From NCBI GenBank assembly GCA_964439215.1, contig CAYTNY010000002.1:1-56533 (forward strand): a DNA stretch of 56,533 nucleotides, in the 5' to 3' direction. Positions within the stretch are counted from its first letter, which is position 1; each line of letters starts with the position of its first letter. The translations under genes were made by a program, and so were the position numbers. The notes under the pieces are model-generated. The model was not told the origin of the DNA, ran no database searches, and was given only the letters and a program-made list of their open reading frames with translations. The DNA is from an uncultured Spirochaetia bacterium (GTDB lineage Bacteria; Oederibacteriota; PGYV01; CAYTNY01). Shown in pieces: positions 1 to 9,604 of the stretch.

Positions 1-345
1 GCTGTCTCGGTTATTGTTTCGGTAACTGTTTCTGTTGCTGTCTCGGTTATTGTTTCGGTAACTGTTTCTGTTGCTGTCTCAGTTATCGTCTCTGTCACTG
101 TTTCTGTTGCTGTCTCAGTTATCGTTTCCGTAACTGTTTCTGTGATCGTCTCGGTTATTGTTTCGGTAACTGTCTCTGTTATTGTCTCTGTAACTGTTTC
201 AGTTGCAGTCTCAGTAATCGTCTCTGTAACTGTTTCTGTCGTTGTTTCGGTTATTGTCTCTGTTGCAGTTTGCGTTGCGGTTTGTGTTACTGTCTGTGTT
301 GAAGTTCCTGTAACTGTCTCGGTTGCCGTTTCGGTTACTGTTTCA
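1..345 (-). repeat. Coding tandem repeat with a 12-bp unit encoding T-E-T-[V/I/A] and a higher-order 36-bp period
   Basis: Bases 1-36 and 37-72 are identical (gctgtctcggttattgtttcggtaactgtttctgtt). Degenerate 12-bp units continue to about 345 (roughly 28 units). The minus strand reads TETV TETI TETA. Confidence 0.95.
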
Positions 346-3300
346 GTTACCGTCCCTGTTGCAGTCGGCGTAACAGTTTCAGTATCCGCAGGCAGCGGAG
401 TTGATGTCATCGTTACAGTCGGCATAATTGTATTTGTTATGGTCATTGTCGGCGACGGCAATGCGCTCGTAAATGTAACATCCACAGATATATCCCTGTC
501 AGGCGCCGCGCTTGAGCCGGGCAGTCCGGAATCAGGAGTTATTGTATTTGTCTGGGCTGTTTCGTTATAGATTGTCACAGTCCCGTAGCCGTCTGAATCC
601 GTTGTTCCTGATACTGTATTTGTATTTATCCCGGATACGCCCGACAGCGTGGATGCGGTAAATATGGCGGCGCCTGTGGTATTAACGCTTATGCTTTGCG
701 TTTCCGAAACGTTGTTTCCATAGAGATCAGCCACCTGCAGATATATAATTACCGTTGTTCCTATATTTGTATATTCCGCGGATGTCCGGGCTATTATATG
801 ATCCGCTGCTCCGGCCCCCCAGACAAGCGCCGCACTTATATCCCTGTCAGGATCAGCTGTTGATCCCTGAAAAGAACTGTCAGACGTTATTGTTACACTC
901 TCCGCCGTATAGTTAATCAGGCTGACTGTGCCTGTTCCCGAGGCATCGGTTGTGCCTGTTAATGTATCTGTGCCTATGCCGCTTTGGCCGGACATTGATG
1001 CCGCGGTGAAAGTTGCGCTTCCCGAACATACAATTGTTACGGAATGATTCCCCGCCACAGTAACACCATCCGCGTCAACAACCGCAAACCCGAGCGTCTT
1101 CTCATCACCCGCTTCAAGACTGCCCGGTGATGTGTCATAAATTATCACGTGATCAGCCCCTGCCGAGACAAAGGTTATTTCTGCCGATATATCATTCGCG
1201 CTGTCGCCCCAGTAAGAAGAATCAACAGAAACCGTTATTGTCTCCTGCGTATTATTTTTAACCGCAAGATCCGCGTATCCTCCGGAATTTGCGGGCCCAT
1301 AAGCGGTATTTCCGCCAATAGTCCATCCCGCAGGCACTGTGCCCGCGTCAAAATACCCGTCCGATGATGCCGTAACAGTAACCCATAGCGGCGTTTCCAC
1401 AATATTGCCTGCAAGATCCTCTATTACTACTCTTACAGGCTCGCCCGTGCCTGCAGCGCCCGCGGCAGCTATACCGTCATCAGCGTAAACCGCGGCGTGG
1501 TCAGCCCCTGTAAATGTTATATAAGCGTCCGCATCTCTTCCTGATCCGGAACCCGTAAGAGCGCTTGACGCAGATACCGTAACGCTCTCGGCAGTATTAT
1601 TTGCAGCCGAAAAAACAGCTGCTCCGTAAGAATCAGTCTGTCCGTATATCTGGTTTGTCCCTGCTCCTGTCCAGCCGCCGGGCGCGGAATCAAAAACAGC
1701 ATTCCCGTTTATTGACAGGGTTATATCCTGCTGAACATACATTGCATTGCCGTCTGTATCAACAACTTGTGCCTGAAGTTCAACCAAGCTGCCTGCCGGC
1801 GATACTGTATTAAGCGGAGTCACTTCTATATGATCGGGCTCTTTTACTTCAAAAAAGAAGGAACGCGTGCTTAATACTCCGTTATCTTCTTCTGCCTCTA
1901 TTATGACTTCCCATTCCCCGTATTCCGGATTCGCCGGAATATTACTTTCTGTATAATATCTCTTCCATCCCGCGGGATTTGATGTGTCCGCAGACTCGTA
2001 TGTCATTGCCGCGTTGTTTATCAGAACATTTGCCGCCGCGTCTATTACAGTTATCCGGGCCGCCGCAACCGCATGCCCGCCAAAAGGGTCAGAAACCTGA
2101 GCCCCAATCCGTATATATTCTCCGTCAGTAAAAACGTTCCTTGTATTTGCGTCCGAATCAAAAGTCTCTATCCAATCAACACCCACATAATCCGTAACAT
2201 CAAAAGTGAGATTTGACCTCTGATCCGCGTTTGAACTATGATAGACCCTGATGTAACCGTTTCCCACTCCAAGATTCGTAAATATAGCACTTAATTTATA
2301 TCCCGCAGGTATGATAACCGGTTTGGTCAAAGCTATATTAAAAACATAATTTGTATGTTTGTTGTTGTCTTTGTGTCTTCCAAAAGTTCTCTCTTGCTCC
2401 CCTATATAATACGTTTCAATTCCATTTGTATAAAAAAGGGTTATACGTCCATTTGTATTTACAACTCTGTTATTTGTAATAACAATATTTACATCTACAC
2501 TGTTAACAATTCTCAAATCCCTGTACAGCACAGGGGACATACTCCATACGTGTGAATCATACCTGTTTATCTGCGTGTAATCACCCGCGGCGGACGTATC
2601 AGGCAGCGTGGTAAGGCTGCTTTCATGCAGTGCGGGAGACTGCACGGAACCGTGCAGCCACAGCTGCTTTGTTTCGGCATTTTTATACGCAGCACGTGTC
2701 GTCTGCACTGCTGAAGCGCTTATCCCTGAATTGTTTATTCCCGTAATTTTTATTTTTGTGGTTTCTGTTTCACCGCCCTCCGCGGTTTGGGGAACGGTTT
2801 TTCTGAACACAAGATGATGTGATGCATTATTATTAACCTGTATGTCCGGTTCTCCATTTCCATCCGTATCATAAGCAGGATCTACATAATCCCACTGCGC
2901 GTTCCCGGTCGTATCTTCCGCTATAACCGTACTCGTGTCTCCGTCTATAAGATGCAGCGGCCAGCCCTTATTACTCTGTTCAAGCGTTATATTAACCCTG
3001 TCATCACTGCCCGTGGTATTGCTTACTGTCAGGTCAATATCACCCGCTGCTCCTATATTCACTGTCTGTATGCCGTCCGGTTTTACACTGAGCCCGCCCA
3101 CATAAAAAACAACGGTTTTGGAGTCGTTTGATGTTTTTGTGTCATTTACTCCTTTATCATTCGCAAGATCCGTATAAACAACCGCAGTATACATACCCGG
3201 CGGAACCGATGAAACATCAAAACTATAATTGACCTCTGCTGTCTGCGCCAGAGGTATTGTAAGGTCAACCGTATCTATTGTATCGTTAATTTCCGCAAAA

Positions 3301-4919
3301 CCCGCGGGCCCCTGTATGTTTATCTTTACCGGCAGATCATACCAGTCCCTGAGCCCAAAATTCGCCGCAATTGCGTTTATTACAACATCGCCGCCGTCCT
3401 GCTGAAAAACTTCGCCGTCATAAGGCGCGGAAAGCGAAAGAATTCCGGCATCGTGCAGCCTCGTTTTCCCCGCGTCAATTTCATTCTGCATATCAACCTG
3501 CGCCTGCGCATTCAGTGTGTTGCCGTACCCCCAGACAATTTCCATAACACCTGTTTCCCCCGCCTGTATCGCGCCAAGGTTCCATTCCATACCCACGCTG
3601 GCATCACCCGAAGAATTTGCTGCATTATTAAGATTTGCGTTTGTTATTCCCGTCCATAAAGAGGTAAACGTTCCAACGTGATGCGCTTCACTGTCAAGAG
3701 AACCGGAAAAACCACCGTAAGATATGGGATCCCCCGCGGGTTTATATCCAAACACACTGTCATTTGACGCGTCATAAGAACAGTTGTCACCGGTAAAGTT
3801 TCCGTTAAAATTCCAGTCAACACCCTCAAAAAACCTTACATTAATGGCATTGCGCGTCGCGTGATTGTTTGTAATATAATAAATAGTCGCAAACCACTTA
3901 TTATTACCCCGTATTATTGTCTTTTTATTCACCAGAAAAGGTATTTCTGTCCCGCCAGTTGCCGTGGTCTGAAAAACCGTGCTTATTACAGCCTGCGGCT
4001 GCCCTTCCGGCGTTGTATGGAATTTATAATCAGTACTGCCCACATGCGCAAAATCTCTCGTTACGCTTGTTCCGGGATTTCCGTACTGATACGTATTCGC
4101 TCCGCTCGTAAAACGCAGCGCCATTTTCCCGCCCGCGTTTGTGTCAATCTCCTGCCCGATATTATCGCCTGTTCTCCCCAGATGGTCCATTGAAGCTGTA
4201 CCGTCTATAAGCGCTTCACCATTATAAGGATAAGCAATAAGGGAAAGCTGGCCCGCGCCGTTTATGGCTTCGCCCACGAGTATGGAAAAATTCGGCTGCG
4301 GCGGGGACAATACAACAGAATACCCGCTCACAGGGTCATCATAAAAATAAAGCGTATCACCTTCCATATACCACATAACATCGCCGCGTGTTTCCCCTGT
4401 TTCCCTGTCAATATATTCTGTGTTTATGATCTCAACACCGTCATCCCTGACAATCCGCAGAACACGGCGTCCTTCAGGGATCTCCGCTTTAAGCCTGTAC
4501 CACAATCCGTCTTCTTTGTCATTCAGACTTACTCGTATAAGTTTTTCATTTACTTTTTCCGTAAAAGACGAAGCCTTTATATGGGCAGACACGTCCGGTT
4601 TTTTTCCCGTTTCTCCGGCTGCTTTCAGAATCTGCCTCGCAGGAATTTCAAACTCTTTAACCGGCCCTATTTCCCGGTATTTCCCGTAATTCCGAAGATT
4701 TTCATCTGCGTCATTTTTGATTTTTTTACTTTTCTGCCTGTATATAAATACTTTCTCCGCAGGATCATACGCAATAATATCAGTTGATGTTTTTGCCAGC
4801 TCCCTGCTCTTTTCTGTTTTTTCCGACGCATACGCAAATAAAGGCATCAGCCCGATTAATGCAGCTCCGGCACATACCGCCAATCTCTTAAAACTAAATA
4901 CTCCTCTAATCCATTCCAT
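1..4919 (-). CDS. Giant secreted/surface protein (>=1639 aa, 3' end outside the window): signal peptide, beta-rich N-terminal domains, CARDB/NEW3-like Ig domains, four invasin/Big-like Ig repeats, Thr-rich (TETX)n stalk
   Basis: Translated by hand because it is absent from the ORF track. ATG at 4919 (MEWIRGVFSFKRLAVCAGAALIGLMPLFAYA, signal-peptide-like), GGGGG just upstream. I read no stop codon down to base 1, and the frame at 4919 matches the T-E-T-X frame at the window start. Four ~115-aa repeats begin (P/A)DH...(V/A)D..GN...T(D/N)..G (about 465-1838). Confidence 0.9.
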   Translation of the reverse strand, partial: MEWIRGVFSFKRLAVCAGAALIGLMPLFAYASEKTEKSRELAKTSTDIIAYDPAEKVFIYRQKSKKIKNDADENLRNYGKYREIGPVKEFEIPARQILKAAGETGKKPDVSAHIKASSFTEKVNEKLIRVSLNDKEDGLWYRLKAEIPEGRRVLRIVRDDGVEIINTEYIDRETGETRGDVMWYMEGDTLYFYDDPVSGYSVVLSPPQPNFSILVGEAINGAGQLSLIAYPYNGEALIDGTASMDHLGRTGDNIGQEIDTNAGGKMALRFTSGANTYQYGNPGTSVTRDFAHVGSTDYKFHTTPEGQPQAVISTVFQTTATGGTEIPFLVNKKTIIRGNNKWFATIYYITNNHATRNAINVRFFEGVDWNFNGNFTGDNCSYDASNDSVFGYKPAGDPISYGGFSGSLDSEAHHVGTFTSLWTGITNANLNNAANSSGDASVGMEWNLGAIQAGETGVMEIVWGYGNTLNAQAQVDMQNEIDAGKTRLHDAGILSLSAPYDGEVFQQDGGDVVINAIAANFGLRDWYDLPVKINIQGPAGFAEINDTIDTVDLTIPLAQTAEVNYSFDVSSVPPGMYTAVVYTDLANDKGVNDTKTSNDSKTVVFYVGGLSVKPDGIQTVNIGAAGDIDLTVSNTTGSDDRVNITLEQSNKGWPLHLIDGDTSTVIAEDTTGNAQWDYVDPAYDTDGNGEPDIQVNNNASHHLVFRKTVPQTAEGGETETTKIKITGINNSGISASAVQTTRAAYKNAETKQLWLHGSVQSPALHESSLTTLPDTSAAGDYTQINRYDSHVWSMSPVLYRDLRIVNSVDVNIVITNNRVVNTNGRITLFYTNGIETYYIGEQERTFGRHKDNNKHTNYVFNIALTKPVIIPAGYKLSAIFTNLGVGNGYIRVYHSSNADQRSNLTFDVTDYVGVDWIETFDSDANTRNVFTDGEYIRIGAQVSDPFGGHAVAAARITVIDAAANVLINNAAMTYESADTSNPAGWKRYYTESNIPANPEYGEWEVIIEAEEDNGVLSTRSFFFEVKEPDHIEVTPLNTVSPAGSLVELQAQVVDTDGNAMYVQQDITLSINGNAVFDSAPGGWTGAGTNQIYGQTDSYGAAVFSAANNTAESVTVSASSALTGSGSGRDADAYITFTGADHAAVYADDGIAAAGAAGTGEPVRVVIEDLAGNIVETPLWVTVTASSDGYFDAGTVPAGWTIGGNTAYGPANSGGYADLAVKNNTQETITVSVDSSYWGDSANDISAEITFVSAGADHVIIYDTSPGSLEAGDEKTLGFAVVDADGVTVAGNHSVTIVCSGSATFTAASMSGQSGIGTDTLTGTTDASGTGTVSLINYTAESVTITSDSSFQGSTADPDRDISAALVWGAGAADHIIARTSAEYTNIGTTVIIYLQVADLYGNNVSETQSISVNTTGAAIFTASTLSGVSGINTNTVSGTTDSDGYGTVTIYNETAQTNTITPDSGLPGSSAAPDRDISVDVTFTSALPSPTMTITNTIMPTVTMTSTPLPADTETVTPTATGTVTETVTETATETVTGTSTQTVTQTATQTATETITETTTETVTETITETATETVTETITETVTETITETITETVTETITETATETVTETITETATETVTETITETATETVTETITET

Positions 4920-4989
4920 ACGCCCCCGCGTGTAATTTAAAAACACCTTATAAATTATAACTTTCCTTATATTTTTCCCGTGTGTTTCC

Positions 4990-5271
4990 TCACTCGTGCC
5001 TTTTATGTTCTTTTATATATTCTATGGCCCTGTAGACCTCACGGGTCACGTCGGCATTAAACTGAGTTTCCATTTCATTTAATTTAGTAAATACATGCCC
5101 TTTATCTGTCACCACATATTTAGACGGCAGGCTGTTTAGGGCCAGCGCGTAAATATCCAGCTGGCACCTGCCGCATTTGCATATATCATCTCTTTTATCA
5201 ATCTGCTCCTTAAGATTTCTTCTTGCGATATCCTCCATATAATTCTTTATAATAAAATCCTTTTCTTCCAT
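4990..5271 (-). CDS. ComFB (late competence development) family protein, putative Zn-binding cyclic di-nucleotide receptor
   Basis: Motif ICKCGRCQLDIYALALNSLPSKYV matches the ComFB signature C-x-C-x2-C-x2-D-x2-ALALN-x-LP-x2-Y; 93 aa. Confidence 0.85.
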   Translation of the reverse strand: MEEKDFIIKNYMEDIARRNLKEQIDKRDDICKCGRCQLDIYALALNSLPSKYVVTDKGHVFTKLNEMETQFNADVTREVYRAIEYIKEHKRHE

Positions 5272-5284
5272 TTCATCCTCCGCA

Positions 5285-5548
5285 TTATTTGTTATTAAGT
5301 ATCTCTTTTACTCCTTTAAGCTGGATCCCTTTTCCTGAAAATTCTTTTATTTCAGAACATTTCATAACCTGTTCTCCGGTATATATCCGTCTTGTTCCTA
5401 TACGCATGGGTTTAACAAGGCCGTGCTTTTCCCAGTTGCGAAGCGTCTGCTGGTGAACATTGAGCATGAGAGCCGCTTCTTTAATGCTGTAAAATTTTAT
5501 TTCATAATCTATCTGCCGTTTTTTATCAATAACATTTTCCTGTTTCAT
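5285..5548 (-). CDS. Short MerR-family (HspR-like) winged-HTH transcriptional regulator
   Basis: YSIKEAALMLNVHQQTLRNWEKHGLVKPMRIGTRRIY is a MerR HTH; 87 aa with no C-terminal effector domain; RBS AGGCGG upstream. Confidence 0.9.
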   Translation of the reverse strand: MKQENVIDKKRQIDYEIKFYSIKEAALMLNVHQQTLRNWEKHGLVKPMRIGTRRIYTGEQVMKCSEIKEFSGKGIQLKGVKEILNNK

Positions 5549-5650
5549 AAATAACCGCCTTTTTTCTTTTAAATTTTAGATACTGCTATCCCGTCCAAAA
5601 ACCCCGTTGTTTTTGAAAACATAAAAATTCTCTGTAATAATTCCAAACTT

Positions 5651-5680
5651 ATTATATTATCTTTATATTATTATTGTCAA
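5651..5680 (-). promoter_or_regulatory. Sigma70-like promoter for merR-comFB(-surface protein)
   Basis: Minus strand TTGACA (5680-5675), 18-nt spacer, TATAAT (5656-5651). Confidence 0.6.
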
Positions 5681-6112
5681 GCGCCTATATACACCTTTCT
5701 TAATTTTTCTTAAAAATCTCTTAAAAACAAGGTTTTTTATGCAATATGTTATGCTTTATAAAGAACCGGTGCACAATCTAATAATTATAAATATCATACT
5801 TGGTTTTTAAATAAATTAAGATAAAACTGCTGCATTTCTGTTAAATTTTTTATAACCGACAAAGACTGCCTCAGCATCGGGCCCTGCCGTCCGATAATAA
5901 AACTCAAGCACTCTGCTTCAAGAACCTCATAATCAATCCACAACCCCCCGGCGCAGAATTTTTTCAAATTTGAAACAACCTCAGTTTTCAGCAAGTATTA
6001 CTCATAACGAATGTATGAAAAGATTATAATAACGCACCGGCGCTTTATTAAAAAAAACATCAGGTTAAATATTTAATGATTTGCACTATGCTCAAACATC
6101 AAATATACATAG

Positions 6113-7195
6113 TCATATCTTTTTCAGAGCTTCCTCCATATCCATGGTTATTTTATCCCAGTAATATTTTTCAATTTCAAAAGACTCTGCCTGTTTTTTT
6201 AATTCATTTTTATTTTCCCGGGCATATTTTAATTTTCCGCAGAGGTCCTCAAAGTCCGGCTCAGCCAAGACAGCATCGGAAGAAAAATTATCATATTGTA
6301 TTTCATCCGCTTTTCTCATATTAAAATCCACAAGCAGCGAGTTGTTATGATTTAAAAAACATGTATGCGCGCCCCACCCTGTTGCTATTACAGGCGTTTC
6401 GCACGCGAGCGCCTCAATATAACCCAGGCCGAATCCTTCCGCTCTTGACGGAAGCACAAAACAGTCCGCCGCCCGGCAAAGTTCCCCCATGCTTTTTTCA
6501 GAATATTCACCGGTTATTATTTTTATATTAGGCGCTTCCCTTGCGGTTTTAATCATCCCGGCATCAATGTCATATTTTGATTTCCCCGGCATATACGGGA
6601 ATTTCAGGACAAGTTCTGTGGTTTCATCCCTTTCAAAAATTTTTTTAAATGCTTTTATAAGAACATCAATACCTTTTCTTTTCTGCGGCATGGCTATACA
6701 CAGAAAAGAAAACAGCCCCGGGGAAAAACAGTTTTTTTCCCGGGGATAAAAATAAGCGGGATTTATCCCGTAAGGCGCTGTTCTTATTTTATCTTCACAT
6801 ACCCCGGAATCCGCAAATATTTTCCGGTTGAATTCATCGGGAATAAATAATACATCCAGGTGCCTGTTTATGTTTTCAACCCACTTAGCCGGAAGCACGG
6901 TTGTTTCATAGCACAGCATCCCGCATTTCTTCTTTGATCTCATTCTTTCATAATTAAGCGGATATTCAAATCCCAGGGTAATATCATGCTTAAAAGAATC
7001 TCTTATATTCCTTTCAATTTCAGGTTCTATTTCAAAAGCGGAATTGTAATTAAAACCTTTTCTTTCGCACACGCATACATCTGCCCCGTTAAAAAGAAAA
7101 CTTTTTATTATTTCTCTTCCTATTTTCGCCCAGGACATAGGAGCACGCAGAAGCCCGCAGTAGTTTATTCTTAAATTCCCCATGGATGGTTTCAA
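6113..7195 (-). CDS. Glycosyltransferase family 4 (GT-B)
   Basis: KRKGIDVLIKAF and FVLPSRAEGFGLGYIEALACETPVIAT are GT4 C-terminal motifs. Confidence 0.9.
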   Translation of the reverse strand: MKPSMGNLRINYCGLLRAPMSWAKIGREIIKSFLFNGADVCVCERKGFNYNSAFEIEPEIERNIRDSFKHDITLGFEYPLNYERMRSKKKCGMLCYETTVLPAKWVENINRHLDVLFIPDEFNRKIFADSGVCEDKIRTAPYGINPAYFYPREKNCFSPGLFSFLCIAMPQKRKGIDVLIKAFKKIFERDETTELVLKFPYMPGKSKYDIDAGMIKTAREAPNIKIITGEYSEKSMGELCRAADCFVLPSRAEGFGLGYIEALACETPVIATGWGAHTCFLNHNNSLLVDFNMRKADEIQYDNFSSDAVLAEPDFEDLCGKLKYARENKNELKKQAESFEIEKYYWDKITMDMEEALKKI

Positions 7196-7227
7196 ACCGC
7201 CTTTTCAATAAAAAAATATATTTTGGG

Positions 7228-8445
7228 TTATATATGAAGAATATGCCCCAGTTTTATTTTCTTTGTTTTCAGATATCCTTCATTCACGTCATTCGGACAG
7301 ATTTCAATCGGAACCCTTTCCGTTATTTCAAGTCCGTATCCGCTGAGCCCCACTATTTTTTTCGGATTATTTGTCATAAGCTTTATTTTTTCGATACCCA
7401 GGTCCCTTATGATCTGCGCCCCAACGCCATAATCACGCAGATCCGCTTCAAAACCAAGCGCTTCATTTGCTTCAACCGTATCCATTCCCTCTTCGGCCTG
7501 AAGTTTATAAGCCTTGATCTTATTTACCAGCCCTATCCCCCGTCCTTCCTGGCGCATATAAATAAGAACTCCTTTTTCCTCTCTGCTTATCATTTCAAGC
7601 GCCGAATGAAGCTGCTCGCCGCAATCGCACTTTAAAGATCCAAGCAGGTCGCCTGTCAGGCATTCGGAATGCACCCGCAGCAGCACCGGTTCATCGGGGG
7701 ATATATTTCCTTTCACAAGAGCAAGATGTATATTTGACATGTTATCCGTATATACCGTTAATTTAAATGTGCCGTACTTTGTCGGAAGCACTGTTTCCAC
7801 ATCCTTGCTTATAAGCCTTTCTTTTTTGCGTCTGTATTCTATTATCTTTTCTATGGTTATTATTTTCAGCCCGTGTTTTTCCGCAAATTTAACAAGGTTC
7901 GGCATTCTTGCGCAGGTGCCGTCATCACATAATATTTCACATATTACTCCGCCTCCAACACGCGCACCCGCTGTTTTAGAAAGATCCACAGCTGTTTCCG
8001 TGTGCCCGGCGCGCTCCAAAACACCGCCCGGTTTTGCCGCAAGTGGAAAAACATGGCCGGGCTTTATAAAGTCCGAAGGTTTTACATTTTCTGATACTGC
8101 TTTTTTTATGGTAACAGCCCTGTCCGATGCCGAGATTCCTGTGGTGGTTCCTTCTCGTGCGTCAATTGAAACAGTAAAAGCGGTTCTGTTCCTGTCCTCA
8201 TTTCTGCTGACCATCTGTTCAAGGCTCAATTTTCTTATCTGCGCCTCCTCAAGCGCAAGACATATCAATCCGCTTCCCTGTTTGGCCATAAATGTTATTA
8301 TTTCCGGAGTTATCTTTTCCGCCATACAGATAAGATCGCCTTCATTTTCCCTGTCTTCATCATCAACAACAATCACCATTTTTCCCTGCTTTATATCATC
8401 AACAACATCTTCAACAGATGCTATATATTTCTCATATTCAGACAT
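7228..8445 (-). CDS. ribBA: Bifunctional 3,4-dihydroxy-2-butanone-4-phosphate synthase / GTP cyclohydrolase II
   Basis: [63 protein letters not shown]. Confidence 0.98.
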   Translation of the reverse strand: MSEYEKYIASVEDVVDDIKQGKMVIVVDDEDRENEGDLICMAEKITPEIITFMAKQGSGLICLALEEAQIRKLSLEQMVSRNEDRNRTAFTVSIDAREGTTTGISASDRAVTIKKAVSENVKPSDFIKPGHVFPLAAKPGGVLERAGHTETAVDLSKTAGARVGGGVICEILCDDGTCARMPNLVKFAEKHGLKIITIEKIIEYRRKKERLISKDVETVLPTKYGTFKLTVYTDNMSNIHLALVKGNISPDEPVLLRVHSECLTGDLLGSLKCDCGEQLHSALEMISREEKGVLIYMRQEGRGIGLVNKIKAYKLQAEEGMDTVEANEALGFEADLRDYGVGAQIIRDLGIEKIKLMTNNPKKIVGLSGYGLEITERVPIEICPNDVNEGYLKTKKIKLGHILHI

Positions 8446-8490
8446 ATCACTCTCCGTGTTGTTTTTTTTATTTTCCGGAAAAATTCTGTT

Positions 8491-8973
8491 TCAGGTATAC
8501 ATATCAACAAGCATTCCCTTTATTCTGTCAATAACAGCCAAAAGGTCCATTGTTTCCGCCTGCGAAGTAAGAAACTGAGAGGTGAGTTTTTCAAGCTCCT
8601 CATCAACTTTTTCAACCAGCACAAAAACTTTCTTTCTTTTTACCATATGCTTGGAACTGTCGGAAAAACTTACATTGTACATTTTTTCAATAACGCTTTT
8701 CATGAAATTCTTTACAAGCGCCTTATATTTATCAAGCTCCGTAAATGTTCTTTTTTTTACAAGAACACCCGCCTGTTCGGAAAGTTCTTCCAAAAGTTCA
8801 TCAAGCGATTTCCTTACCTGATCTTCGGCCGCATCATGAAGCTGCTGGGTAAAGCTTGATTCATTAACCTTGTCCCGCGAAACTCCTTTTGATGATTTTT
8901 TTTCAGAGGCCTTTTTATTTCCGGCGGGCCCGACATTTCTGTCAAAACTTCCGGATGCGTCAAATACTCTCAT
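8491..8973 (-). CDS. YaaR/DUF327 family protein
   Basis: LEELSEQAGVLVKKRTFTELDKYKALVKNFM and LVEKVDEELEKLT...IDRIKGMLVDMY match the DUF327 helical pattern; start overlaps the ribE stop. Confidence 0.8.
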   Translation of the reverse strand: MRVFDASGSFDRNVGPAGNKKASEKKSSKGVSRDKVNESSFTQQLHDAAEDQVRKSLDELLEELSEQAGVLVKKRTFTELDKYKALVKNFMKSVIEKMYNVSFSDSSKHMVKRKKVFVLVEKVDEELEKLTSQFLTSQAETMDLLAVIDRIKGMLVDMYT

Positions 8974-9590
8974 TATTCCTTCCCTGTTCTTTTATTTTTT
9001 TCCGTTTCAAAGAAACGCTCCACATATTTTCCTATTATATCAAACTCCAGATTTACCGGAACATCTTTTTTATAGCCTTTTATAATAGTGCTTTCCAGTG
9101 TTTCAGGTATGACCGAAACTTCAAAACTGTCATTTTTTATATTATATGCGGTAAGAGACACTCCGTCAACGGCAACAGACCCTTTTTCCGCCAGATACCT
9201 GCCGAATTCTTCCGGATATTTTATATTAAGTATTGTATTGCCTTCTCTTTTCTCAAGAGCACCCACCCTTCCCCTGCAGTCAACGTGGCCCTGTACAATA
9301 TGCCCGCTTAAATATTTTTCCGCGGTCAAAGGCAGTTCTATATTTACCTTCATTCCCGCCTTTGCTTTTCCGAGGTTTGTTTTCAAAGCTGTTTCAGCAG
9401 TCATATCCGCCTCAAACTCCTTTGAACCTTTTATGACAGAAGCAGTAAGGCATACGCCGTTAACCGCCACACTCATTCCTTTTTCAGGCCGGATTATGGG
9501 TTTTATAAGCGCAATAGCCAGCGAATACATTCCTTTTTTTTGTCTTGCCCCTTTTATTCTGCCTGTATCGTATATGATTCCCGTAAACAC
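8973..9590 (-). CDS. ribE: Riboflavin synthase (alpha-subunit type)
   Basis: Starts MFTGII; SVAVNGVCLT, GHIVQGHVD, KGSVAVDGVSLT, VNLEFD. Confidence 0.97.
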   Translation of the reverse strand: MFTGIIYDTGRIKGARQKKGMYSLAIALIKPIIRPEKGMSVAVNGVCLTASVIKGSKEFEADMTAETALKTNLGKAKAGMKVNIELPLTAEKYLSGHIVQGHVDCRGRVGALEKREGNTILNIKYPEEFGRYLAEKGSVAVDGVSLTAYNIKNDSFEVSVIPETLESTIIKGYKKDVPVNLEFDIIGKYVERFFETEKNKRTGKE

Positions 9591-9604
9591 AAAAACCTCC
9601 GTTA

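Noticed and set aside
142-570. Plus-strand 142-aa Val/Ser-rich ORF
   Set aside because: It is the antisense shadow of the TETX repeat in the giant minus-strand gene.
5880-5915. HAIR operator for the HspR-like regulator
   Set aside because: Only one half-site (CTTGAGT on the minus strand) is present, with no inverted partner at N7 spacing.
5794-5994. 66-aa minus-strand ORF between GT4 and merR
   Set aside because: TTG start, no clear RBS and no recognisable motif. It cannot be excluded but is unsupported.
7739-8578. Long antisense ORFs (also 24082-24870, 28630-29538, 35801-36736, 43144-43869)
   Set aside because: They lie fully opposite well-supported conserved genes and have shadow-like Ser/Phe/Ile-rich composition.
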